This document shows, in pieces, positions 12,241-26,062 of a DNA stretch of 64,000 nt; position 1 is the first letter of the stretch, and every line of letters starts with the position of its first letter. Source of the stretch: Octopus sinensis. Taxonomy: Eukaryota. The stretch is from the NCBI RefSeq assembly GCF_006345805.1, contig NC_042998.1, positions 153,698,001 to 153,762,000 on the forward strand, given 5' to 3'. Position numbers and translations under genes: made by a program. The notes under the pieces are model-generated. The model saw only the letters and a list, made by a program, of their open reading frames with translations. It did no database searches and was not told where the DNA came from.

Positions 12241-14929
12241 ATGTGAGTAATAGAATCAAAGTAGCAAGACCCTGGACAGGTATGTCCCTATGTATAAGGA
12301 GTAGTTACAATGTTATGAAATCCTTATGAAGATGTTTTAGACTAAGACTGTTGTGTATTAAGATTAATGGAAAGATATAATCAAGGATTGCCAGTATCAA
12401 AATCTTGTAAGATAATGGTGGGTACATATAATGATAAGATAATGGGTACATATAATGTAAGATAATGGTGGATACATATAATGATAAAAATAGAGGCAGT
12501 TAAGGTAGCTATAGCAACTTTTTCTAATTATATATAATTTTGTAAGTGTTAAGCTCAAAACTGGAGTTTATCAAAATACAGATGGTGGTAGTTATCTCTT
12601 AAACCAGTATGGGCATCACTGAAAGTACAGCAATGTTGTTCAAGAGATGAATAAATTGAAAGAGTTCCTCACTGTCCTCTCTGGGCTAAATTTCATACTG
12701 CTCTGATTGCAAATTCAATTTTAAGTTCAATGTATATACAAAATTTTATCGATGAATTAGATGCTGAAGTATTTTATGTTATCTGTAGAAGTCAATAACA
12801 GTTCAGTGTCTAAGTAATGTTAGATTTTATAAAAATAAACATTTTTAAATAATCAGGTTACAAAAGGAAGTTAGACTTAATGCGAGGGGTTTCAGATGTC
12901 TTTAACATCTTGTATCAGTTGAAGTGGCAATAAGTTAATTTAGAAAATTTTTTTATATATAATGCTATGGATAAAATCACAAGACTTGTTAACATGCCTG
13001 GAGAATTCTGCAGCCAAAGTTAGTCTGTTCCTCAATGCAAAGACTGATTACAGGATAAACAAGGATTATCCCATGCTGACCCAAGAGAGGGACCAGCGAT
13101 TCAAGTTGACAGAACTGCAATGCTGCATGGGCCTTGAATTAGGTAGCACTATGAATTTTTGAAAATATTTAAATGTAATTTCTACCATACTTTTTCTTGG
13201 AGAGCATCCAAAAAGGAAAGTGTTGATATCTCATTTGTGAAACTTAGATATTTTAGAAAATATGACAATCTGAATAATTAGCCATATTTGTGATGTCATA
13301 TCTTTGACACTGAGGTGATTATCATCTTCAAATTACACAATTACATTAATAGTGACTTTAGTATACAGGTTTTTTTTCAGATTCTTGGAAAGAGAACTTT
13401 TTTTACTTTTTGGAAGCTTTTTTAAATATTTGTGTAAAGCCTATTTTGTTACATGTCACAAGCAGTCAATTTTGCAGTGTTTTCAGACCTAGTTAAATCC
13501 AAAAGTACAAGCCACAGGGACTTCAGTTTTGGCACATTTGTAGTTGCTATAGAACTAAATAAACCCTGAGGTTTGGAGACATGACACCATTGAAATAACA
13601 TTTTAATGGACTATTAAAAATGGCTATAAATGATGGAGTTTTGGATCAGGAGCCTACATAAGTTGGATTTTCTTTGTTTTGATGAGGATTTTTTTCATCT
13701 TTTTTTTTTTAGATCAATCTTGGAAATAAAGGGGGTAAGCTTTTTATAAAAAACAATTTTAGAAAATTTATGATTCCCCCTTCCCTGAGAACTGATTTTT
13801 GCCAATTTATTTGCAGTACACACTTAGACTTTTTGGTAAGAAAGAAAGAAAGAAAAAAGTAAATATTTTCAAACAAAAAGTCATGTGATTTAAGGGAGAT
13901 TTAGCTGTTGCATTATATCTCACATCCACCTGGTACTATTCTCAGAATTGCATGTACACCTAGACTAAAAAACAAATAAAATGTGAAAACTAATTCCTAC
14001 AACATAACTTACAGCAAACTTGTTATTAGGAGAGAAAGAGAAAAAAGTAAAAAACCCAAACTACCAATGGTAGTTAAAATCAGAAACAAATCCTCCAAAA
14101 AACATCACATTTGACTTTAATAGTCCACATAATTATATTCATTGCACAATATCATTTTCATTGGTGAAATTTGACCAATATTTTTCAAAGAAAAATAAAA
14201 TTTACAAGTATATCTGCTTGGTTTACTTAGTGACTCTCCAAATGTTAAAACAGCAAAAGGGAATAAACAACACTCTGAATACGATGGCTCTATGCTAAGT
14301 TTGAGCTCAGTTTAGTGCATTTTTTTGTAGTAATATATGTTTACATAGTAATTAGCTTGTCCATTTCTTTAAATTCTGGCTCAAACTCAATATTTGAAGC
14401 CTTGGATTTGTGTTCCACTTGACCTCTTGTTATATATAAATACTCAGTTTGGTAAGTAGTGTCAGTATACCACCCTCTATACTGACTGTGTTTTTCGGCA
14501 TATTGTGGCCAGATTTTGACCATATTGAATTTACAAGAAATTTTGTTTATTGTGATATAAATCTTGAAGAAAACATGTTCTTTTCTAAGTGAAAATTAAC
14601 AATAAAATTTTCACTTAGAAAAGAACATCAATTTTCATATCAAAATAAAACAAAAACATAGTTCAAGTTATAGCATTTCAATGCATTGCACTAGAATGAG
14701 GGCTACTGTTCAGTCGAAAAAAAAAAAAAAAGACAAACTTTGTAGATGCATGGAAATCCCAAGATGTTTGAGGGATCTTGACATGATAAGAAAGTTTGCA
14801 TCTAGAACTTGGGAAAAATTTATTTTGGCATGGAAAATGATGAAGCAAAAAGTGTGTTTTTGCGTATTCAAACTGTGCTTGTCTCCATTGTATAGCACTC
14901 TATAGTGATACTTACTTGAATGTAGATTT

Positions 14930-15300
14930 TCTGAGAAGATTAGAAAGAAATGAAGTGAGCATGCTCTGCTGAATGTACAATGTGAATGTGCCATGAAAGA
15001 ATTAGTACAAAGGTGCTGAGTGAAAAACTGGGCATTAGAGGAATCAGTTGTATGCAAGGAAGAAGACTGTGTGGCTATGGACATGCAATTGCATTTGGAA
15101 GAGAACAGCTGTATAAAGTAGTGCTGATTGCTAAATGTGACTGGAACTTGTAGAAAAGGGAAACTCAGGAAGACATGGTATGAAGTGGTTAAGGCTGTCT
15201 TTAGGTTCCTGAGCCTGAGAAGAGATGACACTGGACTGGTATCTCTGGCAATGAGGTTCTTGAAAAGACCCGGCCTTGTCAGTAAATCTGACTTCTGGAA
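14930..15300 (+). mobile_element. Old RTE LINE C-terminal remnant
   Basis: GTCRKGKLRKTWYEVVK resembles GTRGRGRPRKTWxEVVK of the younger RTE copies. Confidence 0.55.
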
Positions 15301-16849
15301 GTGCTATGTACTGTGCTTTTCACCTGCAATACAGTGACTCAACCCCTCAACTCTTATGCATTAATCCTGCTACTTCTCCTGCAGACTACCAGCCTTGTCA
15401 TCCCCCTCTCTTGCTCTATCCATCTGTCAAATGTTTTATCGTTACCACTTGCATCTCCACCATCCTCTTCTGCACCCCTCTATCTTCCCTAGCTCATGAT
15501 ACCTTACTCATCCACTCCTCTGGCAGTTGGCCTGCCATCCCTCCCTTCATTTTCCATTCCCTAAACCTTGCAAACTAATATTTCAATTCACCTGGTATTT
15601 TGTAGGCTATCTAGGCATCTCATTACCATTATTTATCTCTTGCAACTTCTGCTGTTTATTTTCTTCCCCCTTCTCCAACTAGATGTAGATGTGTGTAGCC
15701 ATGCAGATCATCCATAAGAACGTCACTGCCCCACCAACTTCTCATAGTTCAATCATTTCATCCACTAGCATGAAGCTGAACCCCACCGCCCAGGGTTTGT
15801 AGTTCTGTGAGCTGCATGGTGACCTCAAAAGTGCAGGTAACACAAAAAACACCCAGGCCATGCTGCAAAGTTGTTGGCATTAGGGAGAGCATCCAGTTAT
15901 AGAAACCATGCAAAAAGAGATATTTGAGCAGGATGCAGCCTTGGACACATTAGATCCTGTCAAACCATCTAATGCATGCCAGCATGGAACACTGGGTGAT
16001 GATGATAAATTGCTCACAACTCAAATATGTCAGTGACTTCAAGTACCTTGCGTTCTATGTTGCTGACAGTAAGGGAGAAGCCTAGAGTACCAATAAGTTT
16101 CAAAACATTTGACAAGCAAGTATTTCAAAGCCAACAAGACTTGCTTTCTTCAGGGCATTTATAGAGAGCAATGCCCTCTATGAAACCAAAACCTTCAAAA
16201 TTGCCTTGATAGTACAAATCAAGCTTGTCACAAGAGTTCGAAACATCTTATGGTGTAAACACAAGACTAAAGAGGGGATTTATGGATACATTCCGCCCAT
16301 CTCTACTATTACTTTGCTGGCCACTGTTCTTGTGTCCACCAACCACTTATGCCTACACTGTCAGATATTGTATTTTGGAAACTCCTGTGCTCTAACTACA
16401 TTGATGTTAATGGCAGAGACACACATGAAATTAAGGCTCTACCAAAGCTAGGGAGCTGATTCCTAGCACAACATTTTGAAATGCATCTTCATTGCAGCTG
16501 CTTGAAGAAGATACACATGTGAGAACCTATCTTATTTAAAATTTCTTGAAAATTATCTCTCAAATCCAGAGGCTTGTAGAATCACAATATCTCTCACTAG
16601 CTCTATCTCTTTCAGTATTTCTTTGTCTTGGTAGAAAAGAACAAGGTGTTTTTTGTTTTTTTGGTTTTACTTTTATTACTTCTATAATAAAGAATTTATA
16701 TACATAACATAAACAGCAAAAACATGCCATAGATACACAAAGGGAAGAGATTAAAGAAAGAGAGAAGTTTTGATTTTCATTTACACCCTAGGGGGATCGG
16801 CTGAACAAGATACTCTCATTGAATATGACTAAATGCAATTTGATTTTCA

Positions 16850-17790
16850 TCATAGCACCCCTTTGTGGTCCACACACTTCTTCCATTGGTGATGCAGTGT
16901 TTGGATCCCATTGATGAAGAAGCTTTTATCCTGTTGCTCAAAAAGTCATCAACAGCAGATATGATGTCATTAATCATTGCGATACTGGCAGGTGCTTTTT
17001 CACGTTGGGGAACAGAGGATAATCAGCTGGGGCAGTCACGCACAGCAGCCATTGAAACAAAGGATTTGTGTGCATTGTCCTTATGAAACAAGATCCTTTT
17101 TGTCAGTTTTTCTGGCATCTTGATAGCCTTTTGTAACTACCTCAGCAAGTTGGCACAGTACTCTCAATTAATATTGTAGACCGTTTGAAGATGGTCCATA
17201 ATCACAGTGCTTTTGCATCCCTAAAAGCTGAGGCCATCACCTTCTCTGCAGATGAAATGACCTTGGCCTCCTTTGTAGTGTGTGAGGAGGGGTGTTTCCA
17301 CTGCATGGATTGTCTCTGGCTCAAAGTGATGAACCCAAAACTCACCCTGGGTTAGGAAATGTTCAAGGAAACCAGCCTTAAACAATGTCACCTTTTCCCA
17401 TGATGTGATCAGCTTGGTGTACTTTTGACCAGGTGTCAGAAGAAGTAGCACTCATCAAGCAGAAATCTTCATCATGTCAAGTTCATTGTGCAGAATATTC
17501 TCAACTCTCTCATGGGATATGCTAATAGCATTGGCTATTTGATTTATAGTCAGTCACCTGTCATCCATTGCCATGTGGTGAAGATGCTTAATGTTTTTCT
17601 CAGTGGCAGCAGTTGCAGGACATCTAAACCTTGGGTCATCTCCAAGACTCTCCCTTCCCCTCCTAAGTCAACTGTTGCGTAATGTAGCAAGCATGTCAGC
17701 AAGAATGTCCTTAGGGGCTAAACCTTTTAACTGCAGATACTTGATAACACCATGATGCAAAATTTAGTTTATTTTCATGAGAAGTCACTA
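16850..17790 (-). mobile_element. Degenerate mariner transposase
   Basis: LLTPGQK and FLTQGEFWVHHFEPET in ORF 17221-17451; ESLEDDP-like and WKKCVD-like remnants flank it. Confidence 0.75.
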
Positions 17791-18464
17791 CTAGTTACTT
17801 TTGAAGTCTTCTTTGAACAGTCAGATGTCAGTTTACCTGGAAAAAAGTAAAGCAGTTATTAATAAGAAGAACTGAAATTAATGCATGCAAGATTTCACAA
17901 CTCTAGCATCACTCCTTCATAGTCAGCCTATGAACTTTTCAGCCCACCTTGTATTAGCTTGGTGGCAGTACATATTTGATAAGGAAAGAAATGAATGACC
18001 ATACCTTATTGAAGCTTTGGCAATGCATGCTTAATTGTTACTTCATAATATTTCATGAATATTTTCAATATAATTTTAAAAACATTTTTCTAATTTATCT
18101 TTTATTGTAGTTTAAAAAATAATTATCCATCTCAATACTTTGAACACTTTTCATAGCAAAATTAAATATTAAGATATTTCTTTTCATCAATATTTCAGCT
18201 TTCAACAACTGATAGCCGGCCGCCAACACTTTTTTTCTGCAAAATAGCCTGTTTGGGCTATATAATTAGCATTTGAGAATTTAAAATCACTTCTTTAACT
18301 TTCTAAGACATCTCAATGCTTCTAAAGAAAACTTCATTTGTTTGTTTACATTCATCGTAATTTGAATTTATATAGATATTGATTTTCAAGTAATTTGAAA
18401 TAAAAAAAATTTGAACTGTGTTAAGAGGAAAAGTACATGGAATTTTGAAATCATTTTGAAATAC

Positions 18465-18577
18465 CTTTCAGCTGTTTCTTTACCAATTTCTTTGTTTATA
18501 AGATCAATCTTCTGCTGTAGTTTCTTCCTCCTCTGATTGGGGGGTAGATCACTGAAGTCTTCTTTCTGATCATCCAC
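18465..18577 (-). CDS. FNBP1L: Internal exon of F-BAR protein (FNBP1L/CIP4/TOCA-1 family), start of HR1 domain
   Basis: Translates [37 protein letters not shown](R), matching the family motif [17 protein letters not shown]. Acceptor ataattcag|GTG, donor GAAAG|gtat; 113 nt, phase 0 to 2. Confidence 0.92.
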
Positions 18578-19104
18578 CTGAATTATATAAATAAGCTATA
18601 ATTACTAAGTGAAAAGTTATAATTAATAATCATTGCGAATTACATCATGCTTATACTCCCCTTCTCACTACCACCTATCCAAACAAACATTCTTGTTATC
18701 AAGTGCAACCTACAAACAAAATAACATTTTTCTCATCAATTTGCTCAAATGGTGGGGTAGTAAACTTATACACAATGCCCCAAATTTGAGGGAGGGATAT
18801 GTGATTAAATAGCTATGAATACTTAGCTGATACTTAATTTATGAACATAAGAAGGATGTAAAGTTAAATGAACTTTGTGGGATTTGAGAGAGGAATATAG
18901 TCAATTAAACTAATACAAGTACTCAATACATATTTTATCAATACTGGAGTGATGAAAGGCAAATTCAACTGTTAGGTATTTTGTTTAGTACTCTACTGCT
19001 TCTGCCATCCACCAAGGTAACTAAATATATAAAGAGTTGAATAAAGAAATTATTATTATTATTATTATTATTATTGATAATAATAATAATAATAATAATA
19101 ATAA

Positions 19105-19191
<87 letters not shown>

Positions 19192-19193
<2 letters not shown>

Positions 19194-19748
19194 GCCCTGA
19201 TGCAGAACCAGGCAGTGGCTCTCATGGCTTCTGATCTTAACTGATTAGAAGTGTTATCATGTACATTGTTTTGTCCTGGTATAAAAGATGGGCTACAGCA
19301 AATATTCTGCTCAATACCACAGATTTGCTTGTCAGTTGTTTGACCATAACCAGTTGAGCATGTCCCTTAGTGGCTGACGATATGTGCATCTCTGATCACG
19401 AGCAGAAGTAGTGGGGGAGCATCATAGCCATGTGTTGAGAGGGATTCTTTGGGGTTTGAATAATTCACCTCTGGAAACATGGGTGGTTCTTTCAACATCC
19501 TTAAACAACCCTTATTCAGGGACCTTTTGAGCGGGATGGGCTACTCAACCTGAAGAAAATTCTAACTGGGCCCCACCTGCAAGGTCATGTGCTTGTTTAT
19601 CTTGATATGAGATCATCATGTCGCGCACATATGGTTGTGATGCATGTGCCTGGTGTACCTTTATCAGACGGGTAGTCATGATGGGTATATTGGGCTTCGT
19701 ATATTTTACCCCAGTGTCACTTCGATGGCATGAACTGCTCTCTCACTC

Positions 19749-19786
<38 letters not shown>

Positions 19787-20372
19787 TAACAATAATAATA
19801 ATAATAATAATAATAATGCCCTGATGCAGTACCAAGCAGTGGCTCTCATGGCTTCTGATCTTAACTGATTGGAAGTGTTATCATGTACATTGTTTTGTCT
19901 TGGTATAAAAGATGGGCTACAGCAAATATTCTGCTCAATACCACAGATTTGCTTGTCAGTTGTTTGACCTTAACCAGTTGAGCATGTCCCTTAGTGGCTG
20001 ACGATATGTGCATCTCTGATCACGAGCAGAAGTAGTGGGGGAGCATCATAGCCATGTGTTGAGAGGGATTCTTTGGGGTTTGAATAATTCACCTCTGGAA
20101 ACATGGGTGGTTCTTTCAACATCCTTAAACAACCCTTATTCAGGGACCTTTTGAGCGGGATGGGCTACTCAACCTGAAGAAAATTCTAACTGGGCCCCAC
20201 CTGCAAGGTCATGTGCTTGTTTATCTTGATATGAGATCATCATGTCGCGCACATATGGTTGTGATGCATGTGCCTGGTGTACCTTTATCAGACGGGTAGT
20301 CATGATGGGTATATTGGGCTTCGTATATTTTACCCCAGTGTCACTTCGATGGCATGAACTGCTCTCTCACTC

Positions 20373-20404
<32 letters not shown>

Positions 20405-20408
20405 TAAC

Positions 20409-20439
<31 letters not shown>

Positions 20440-20993
20440 CCCTGATGCAGTACCAAGCAGTGGCTCTCATGGCTTCTGATCTTAACTGATTGGAAGTGTT
20501 ATCATGTACATTGTTTTGTCTTGGTATAAAAGATGGGCTACAGCAAATATTCTGCTCAATACCACAGATTTGCTTGTCAGTTGTTTGACCTTAACCAGTT
20601 GAGCATGTCCCTTAGTGGCTGACGATATGTGCATCTCTGATCACGAGCAGAAGTAGTGGGGGAGCATCATAGCCATGTGTTGAGAGGGATTCTTTGGGGT
20701 TTGAATAATTCACCTCTGGAAACATGGGTGGTTCTTTCAACATCCTTAAACAACCCTTATTCAGGGACCTTTTGAGCGGGATGGGCTACTCAACCTGAAG
20801 AAAATTCTAACTGGGCCCCACCTGCAAGGTCATGTGCTTGTTTATCTTGATATGAGATCATCATGTCGCGCACATATGGTTGTGATGCATGTGCCTGGTG
20901 TACCTTTATCAGACGGGTAGTCATGATGGGTATATTGGGCTTCGTATATTTTACCCCAGTGTCACTTTGATGGCATGCACTGCTCTCTCATTC
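19192..20993. repeat. Three tandem copies of a ~560-bp dispersed repeat separated by (AAT)n, period ~623 bp
   Basis: Units at about 19192-19748, 19815-20372 and 20436-20993; a diverged partial copy lies at about 28896-29315. Confidence 0.95.
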
Positions 20994-21710
20994 AATAATA
21001 ATAATAATAACAATAATAATAATAGTCGTCGTCATCGCCATCATCATCATCATCAAGCAAAAGCATTGAAGATGCAATACCACACTGATTGCATATCAGA
21101 ATTCCATAAAAAGCAGACTATTCATAAATAACCTGATGTTATCTTTTAAGAGCCTGGGTGGAGACACAGAAGATAATATACCTCCTGAAGCAGAAGAAAC
21201 CTGCTAATTTTGGAATAACATGTGGAGGCACAAGGTTTCCCATGACTACAGTGCCGAGTAAATTCATTCCATGAGATCCAAACTCCAGTACCTTGAGGAT
21301 CCAAGGCAGGAACATGTATGCATAACCGATCTATCTGCACAGGTATCAAAACAGCCAAACTAAAGTGGTTTAGGTTAACACACAAATGAATTGGCTTGCA
21401 ATTAAACAATTGCCTACAGGATGGTGCAGTTCCAGAATGGAAAGTAGAGTGAAAGACAACATTGTTAATGGGAGATCAATAAAAGGGCCATGAGGCTGGC
21501 AATTACCAACCTATTGCTAATCTTAATCTCTTATGGAAAGTATTAACAAGCATCTTCACAAGAAAAATACATATGTTACTTGTAGAAAACAATCTACTTC
21601 TAGTAGAACATAAAGGATACTATTTTCATTTTGTATCTGGTTTGAATCTGTGTGTTGAAACAAATTTTTGTTGTGTGTGCTGAGAGTCATACTGTCTTAA
21701 TATCTAACAA

Positions 21711-22622
21711 ACTCACTGGTTCAATTTCCACTCATTTAGTATTTTTTTTTTGTGTCTTCCAAAAATTTTCATTGCTTTTGCAAACTTGTCAATGGATTTT
21801 GACTTTATCTGATATTGGAGTTACATTCCTTTTGTCTGTTTGAGATTCTGTTGCATGCGTGTGTGTGCACATCAGCATGCATATGTATGTATGTATGTGT
21901 GCTGCATATTCATGTGTGTGTTTGTGAGTGCCTCCACCTCTGCTTTTTTGTGTGTGAATGTTTGAGTGCATCTATGTATATGAGTTTGTGTGAATATGTA
22001 TGTATCTGTTATGTATGGATGTGTCTTCATATGTATCTCTGTGTACATATATGTGGAGTGTGTGTGTGCATTTATGGTCATATGTTTCCGTCTCCTTTTG
22101 TAGGTAATTAGATGGGTAGATAAATAAATATGTAGGTAAACAGATAGATACATAGGTAGGTAGATAGATAGATACATAGGTAATATGGACAGACAGACAG
22201 ACACACACAAAATGAGACGGAAACACAAGATCATATTTATACATACACTCCACACATGCATACACACATCCATACATAACAGATGCATGTACATAATCAC
22301 ACAAACTCATACACAGACACACTCAAACATGCACATGCAAGGAAGCAGAGGTACACACACAAATACACATACACAAGCACACACACAGAGACAAACACAT
22401 GAATATGCAGAATACATACATACACATACATACATAAGCACACATGCATGCTGGGGCAGATGCACACACACACACATGTAACAGAATCTCAAGCAGACAA
22501 AAGTAACACAGCTCTGATAACGGACAGAGTCGATATCCATTGATAAGGTTGTAAGAGCAATGAAAATTTTTGGAAGATACACACACACACACAAAAATGA
22601 GTGGAAATTGAACCGCTGAGTG
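21711..22622. mobile_element. Fold-back/MITE-like element with ~190-bp imperfect terminal inverted repeats
   Basis: ggttcaatttccactcattt...ttttgtctgtttgagattctgtt at left is the reverse complement of aacagaatctcaagcagacaaaag...aaatgagtggaaattgaacc at right; GT-rich left half, CA-rich right half. Confidence 0.75.
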
Positions 22623-22757
22623 CATTAGCTATTAAGGCAAACACAACAAAAGGAAAACTGGAAAAGAACTAAGGGCATCAAGAACCACCTTGTGATAGAC
22701 AGGGCTGTAATGAAGAACTACAATGGTACCGAAAAAAAATCTTGCATATGGCCTGGA

Positions 22758-25440
22758 CATCATCATCATCATAATTGTTGTTTAACGTCCGCTTTCCATG
22801 CTAGCATTGGTTGGACAATTTGACTGAGGGCTGGCAAACCAGATGGCTGCACAAGGCTCCAATCTTGATCTGACAGAATTTTTACAGCTGGATGCCCTTC
22901 CTAATACCAACCACTCCAAGAGTGTAGTGGGTGCTTTTACGTGCCACTGGCATGAGGGCCAGTCAGGTGGTACTGGAAACAGCCACACTCAAATGGTGTT
23001 TTTTACGTGTCACCTCCACAGGAGCCAGTCTAGTGGCACTGGCAACGACCTCGCTCAAATGTTTTTTCCCGTGCCAGTAAGGTGACGCTGGTAACGATCA
23101 CGCTCAAATGGTGCTTTTTTCGTGCCACCAGTACGGAAGCCAGTTAGCTGCTCTGGCAACGATCATGCTCGGGTGGTGCTCTTACCACTCCACTAGCATG
23201 AATACCAGTCATCGAATTTGATTTCGATTTCACTTGCCTCAACAGGTCTTCACAAGTAGAGTTTAGTGTCCAATGAAGGAGAGGTACGCATAAGTGGGCT
23301 GGTTACACCCCTGGCATAGGCCACGAGATTATGGTCTTATTTGGCTTGCCGGGTCTTCTCAAGCACAGCATATTTCCAACAGTCTCGGTCACTAGTCATT
23401 GCCTCAGTGAGGCCTAATGTTTGAAGGTCATGCTTCACCACTTCATCCCAGGTCTTCCTGGGTCTACCTTTTCCACAGGTTCCCTCAACCGCTAGGGCGT
23501 GGCACTTTTTCACACAGCTATCCTCATCCATTCTTGCCACATGACCATACCAGCGCAGTCATCTTTCTTGCACACCACATCTGATGCTTCATAGGTCCAA
23601 CATTTCTATCAAGAAACTTACACTCTGTCGAGTATGCACACAGACATTGCACATCCATCAGATCATACTGGCTTGATTCATTGTGAACTTATGCATGTCC
23701 TCAGCAGTCACGGCCCGTGTTTCACTACCATGTAGCATGGCTGTTCATACATATGCGTCATACAGTCTACCTTTTAACTCTAAGTGAGAGGCCCTTTGTC
23801 ACCAGCCGAGGTAAGAGCTCTCTGAACTCTGCCCAGGCTATTCTTATTCTAGCAGCTGCTCTTTCAGTGTACCCTCCCCCTCTACTGTCTTCGTAACCTA
23901 GGTAATGGAAGCTATCAACTCCAAGCTTTTCTCCCTGGAATGTGGCGGAAGTTGTTCTCTGCACATTTTCAGTGTTTATTGCTCCTGAGCATCTGCCACA
24001 TATAAAAACTATCTTCCTTTGATATTGCTGCCCCTCTTATGTGTCCATAGCTTACACTGGGTACATCTTATAGAGTTTCTACCTATGCCTTTTCTACAGA
24101 TCGAGCAGGGCCATCTACCTGAAGGGGTTTGTGGTTTGCCTGCCTTCCTACTTATTAGGACTTTGGTTTTAGCTAGGTTGACTCTAAGGCCCTTTGATTC
24201 TAATCCTTGTTTCCACACCTGAAACTTCTCTAGTTCTGATAGTGACTCAGCAATTAGAACAAAGTCATCAGCGTAGAGGAGTTCCCAGGGGCATCCTGTC
24301 TTGAATTCCTCCGTTATTGCCTGGAGAACTATGATAAATAGGAGGGGGCTAAGGACTGAACCTTACCTATACCCTCACCTTACTTACAGTGTCCCTGTAC
24401 ATGGCTTGCACAGCTCTCACTAACCATTCATCTATCCCTAGTTTCCTCATTGACTACCAGATAAGAGTCGGAGGACCCTGTTAAAGGCTTTCTCCATGTC
24501 AGCAAAAGCCAGGTACAGAGGTTTATCTTTGGCTAGGTATTTCTCCTGCAGCTGTCTTACCAGAAATATAGCATCAGTGGTGTTTTCCATGGTACAAACC
24601 CAAACTGCATCTCATCTAAACTGACTCTCTCCCTAATCAGTTGGGCTATGACTCTCATCGTGACCTTCATTACCTGATCCAACAACTTGACACCTCTGTA
24701 ATTATGTGTATCTAAAGCATCACCTTTACCTTTGTAGCAGTTGACTATGGTGCTGCTACACCAGTCATTGGGTATCACTCCTTTGTGTATCACCTGGTTA
24801 ATTATATGGGTGACTAGGCTATAGCCGACGCTGCCAGATATTTTGAGCATCTCTACAGTGATTCCTGATGGGCTGGGGGCTTTCCCTGTCTTCATACTCT
24901 TAATTGCTTTATCTACCAAGGTATTGTCAACTCAGATAGCTGGTCCCTCTGTTGGGTTGACATTCGGCAGATTCTCTTTCTCCCACTCATTTTCTTTATC
25001 CAGCAATCTTTCATAATGGCGTCTCCAAACCTCTCTCTTTGCAGACTCGTTTAGTGCAAGTGAACCATCATCCATGTGAACACATTTCTCTCCCACAACA
25101 TTACGATTCTCTCTCACACACTGTCTTGCAACACGAAATACCTTAAGTCTCTGGTCCTCACGGCACAGAACATTGGCAAAGTTTTTCTTATCTGCTTCCC
25201 TTCTGGCTAAATAAACCTGCCTCCTAGCTTCTCTTCTGGCAGTCTGATACAGTTCCCTGCTACCACTATTCTTCCAGTCTTTCCAAGTCTGTTTCTTTTT
25301 TCTAATAGCCGAGTCAACAACATTGTTCCACCACCATGTTATTTTGGGTAGAGAGGGGACTTTGCACCATCCACAGATCTGGTCAGTGGCCCTCAACAGG
25401 TTGTCCTGTAGAACTCTCCAGTTGTCCTCTACATCGTATG
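22758..25440 (-). mobile_element. 5'-truncated RTE-clade LINE (copy A), frameshifted
   Basis: ORF pieces 24932-25453, 24557-24919, 24009-24218, 23337-23540 give the RT (NYRGVKLL, YADD), a Cys-rich finger and GRPRKTW; 3' tail ggacgttaaac then (gat)n. Confidence 0.93.
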
Positions 25441-26062
25441 AGAAATGGCTCATGACATGTTACTGCATTTGTGGATTCTGGAAACAGTGGACATGTGTGT
25501 ATAAGTGGAGAATTTCAGTACACTAATCAAGAACAGCATGCCTAGTTGGAAAACACATCTTTTCTATAACTGAGGTAACAATCAAAAGAGGTATCTTCCT
25601 GGGAGATTCTTGTCCACTTTTGCTATTTTTTATAGCCTTGATCCCACATCCAAAGTTGTTCTCCACAAAGTCAACACAAACTACAAGCTGACAACGAATG
25701 GACCTTATCTCAAGCAGCTTCTTTTTATGGATGATTTAAAATTGTTCACAAAAACAGACTGAAATAGAAAGGCTGGTTGAGACTACAAATGTGCAGCAAG
25801 GATATAGGAATGGAATTTGGGATCTCAAAGTGTGCAGCACTCACTTTGAAATGAGGGAAAAAGAGCAGATTGCAGCGGTATATATTTGCCAAACAGAGCA
25901 AATAGGTGACCCAGATGATGATGGGTACATGTACCTTGAGAGCCTGCAACTAGACAACATCTTGCATAGAAAAATGAAAGACAAGGTTACTGCTGCATAT
26001 TTGAAGTGCCTCAAACTTCTCTTCCAATCAAAACTCATGTAAGGAACCTTGTGAATATTATG

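Larger units (their letters stand above)
21100..26050 (+). mobile_element. Fragmented R4/Dong-like LINE RT region (pieces ~21100-21620, ~22620-22760, ~25450-26050) interrupted by younger insertions
   Basis: Frameshifted NYxPIA, KRGIFLGDS-P-LLF, FMDDLK and IGMEFG-KC-like motifs in colinear order. Confidence 0.65.

Noticed and set aside
14341-14523. 60-aa minus-strand ORF in the HR1 intron
   Set aside because: No recognisable motif, and the flanking exons already join in frame without it.
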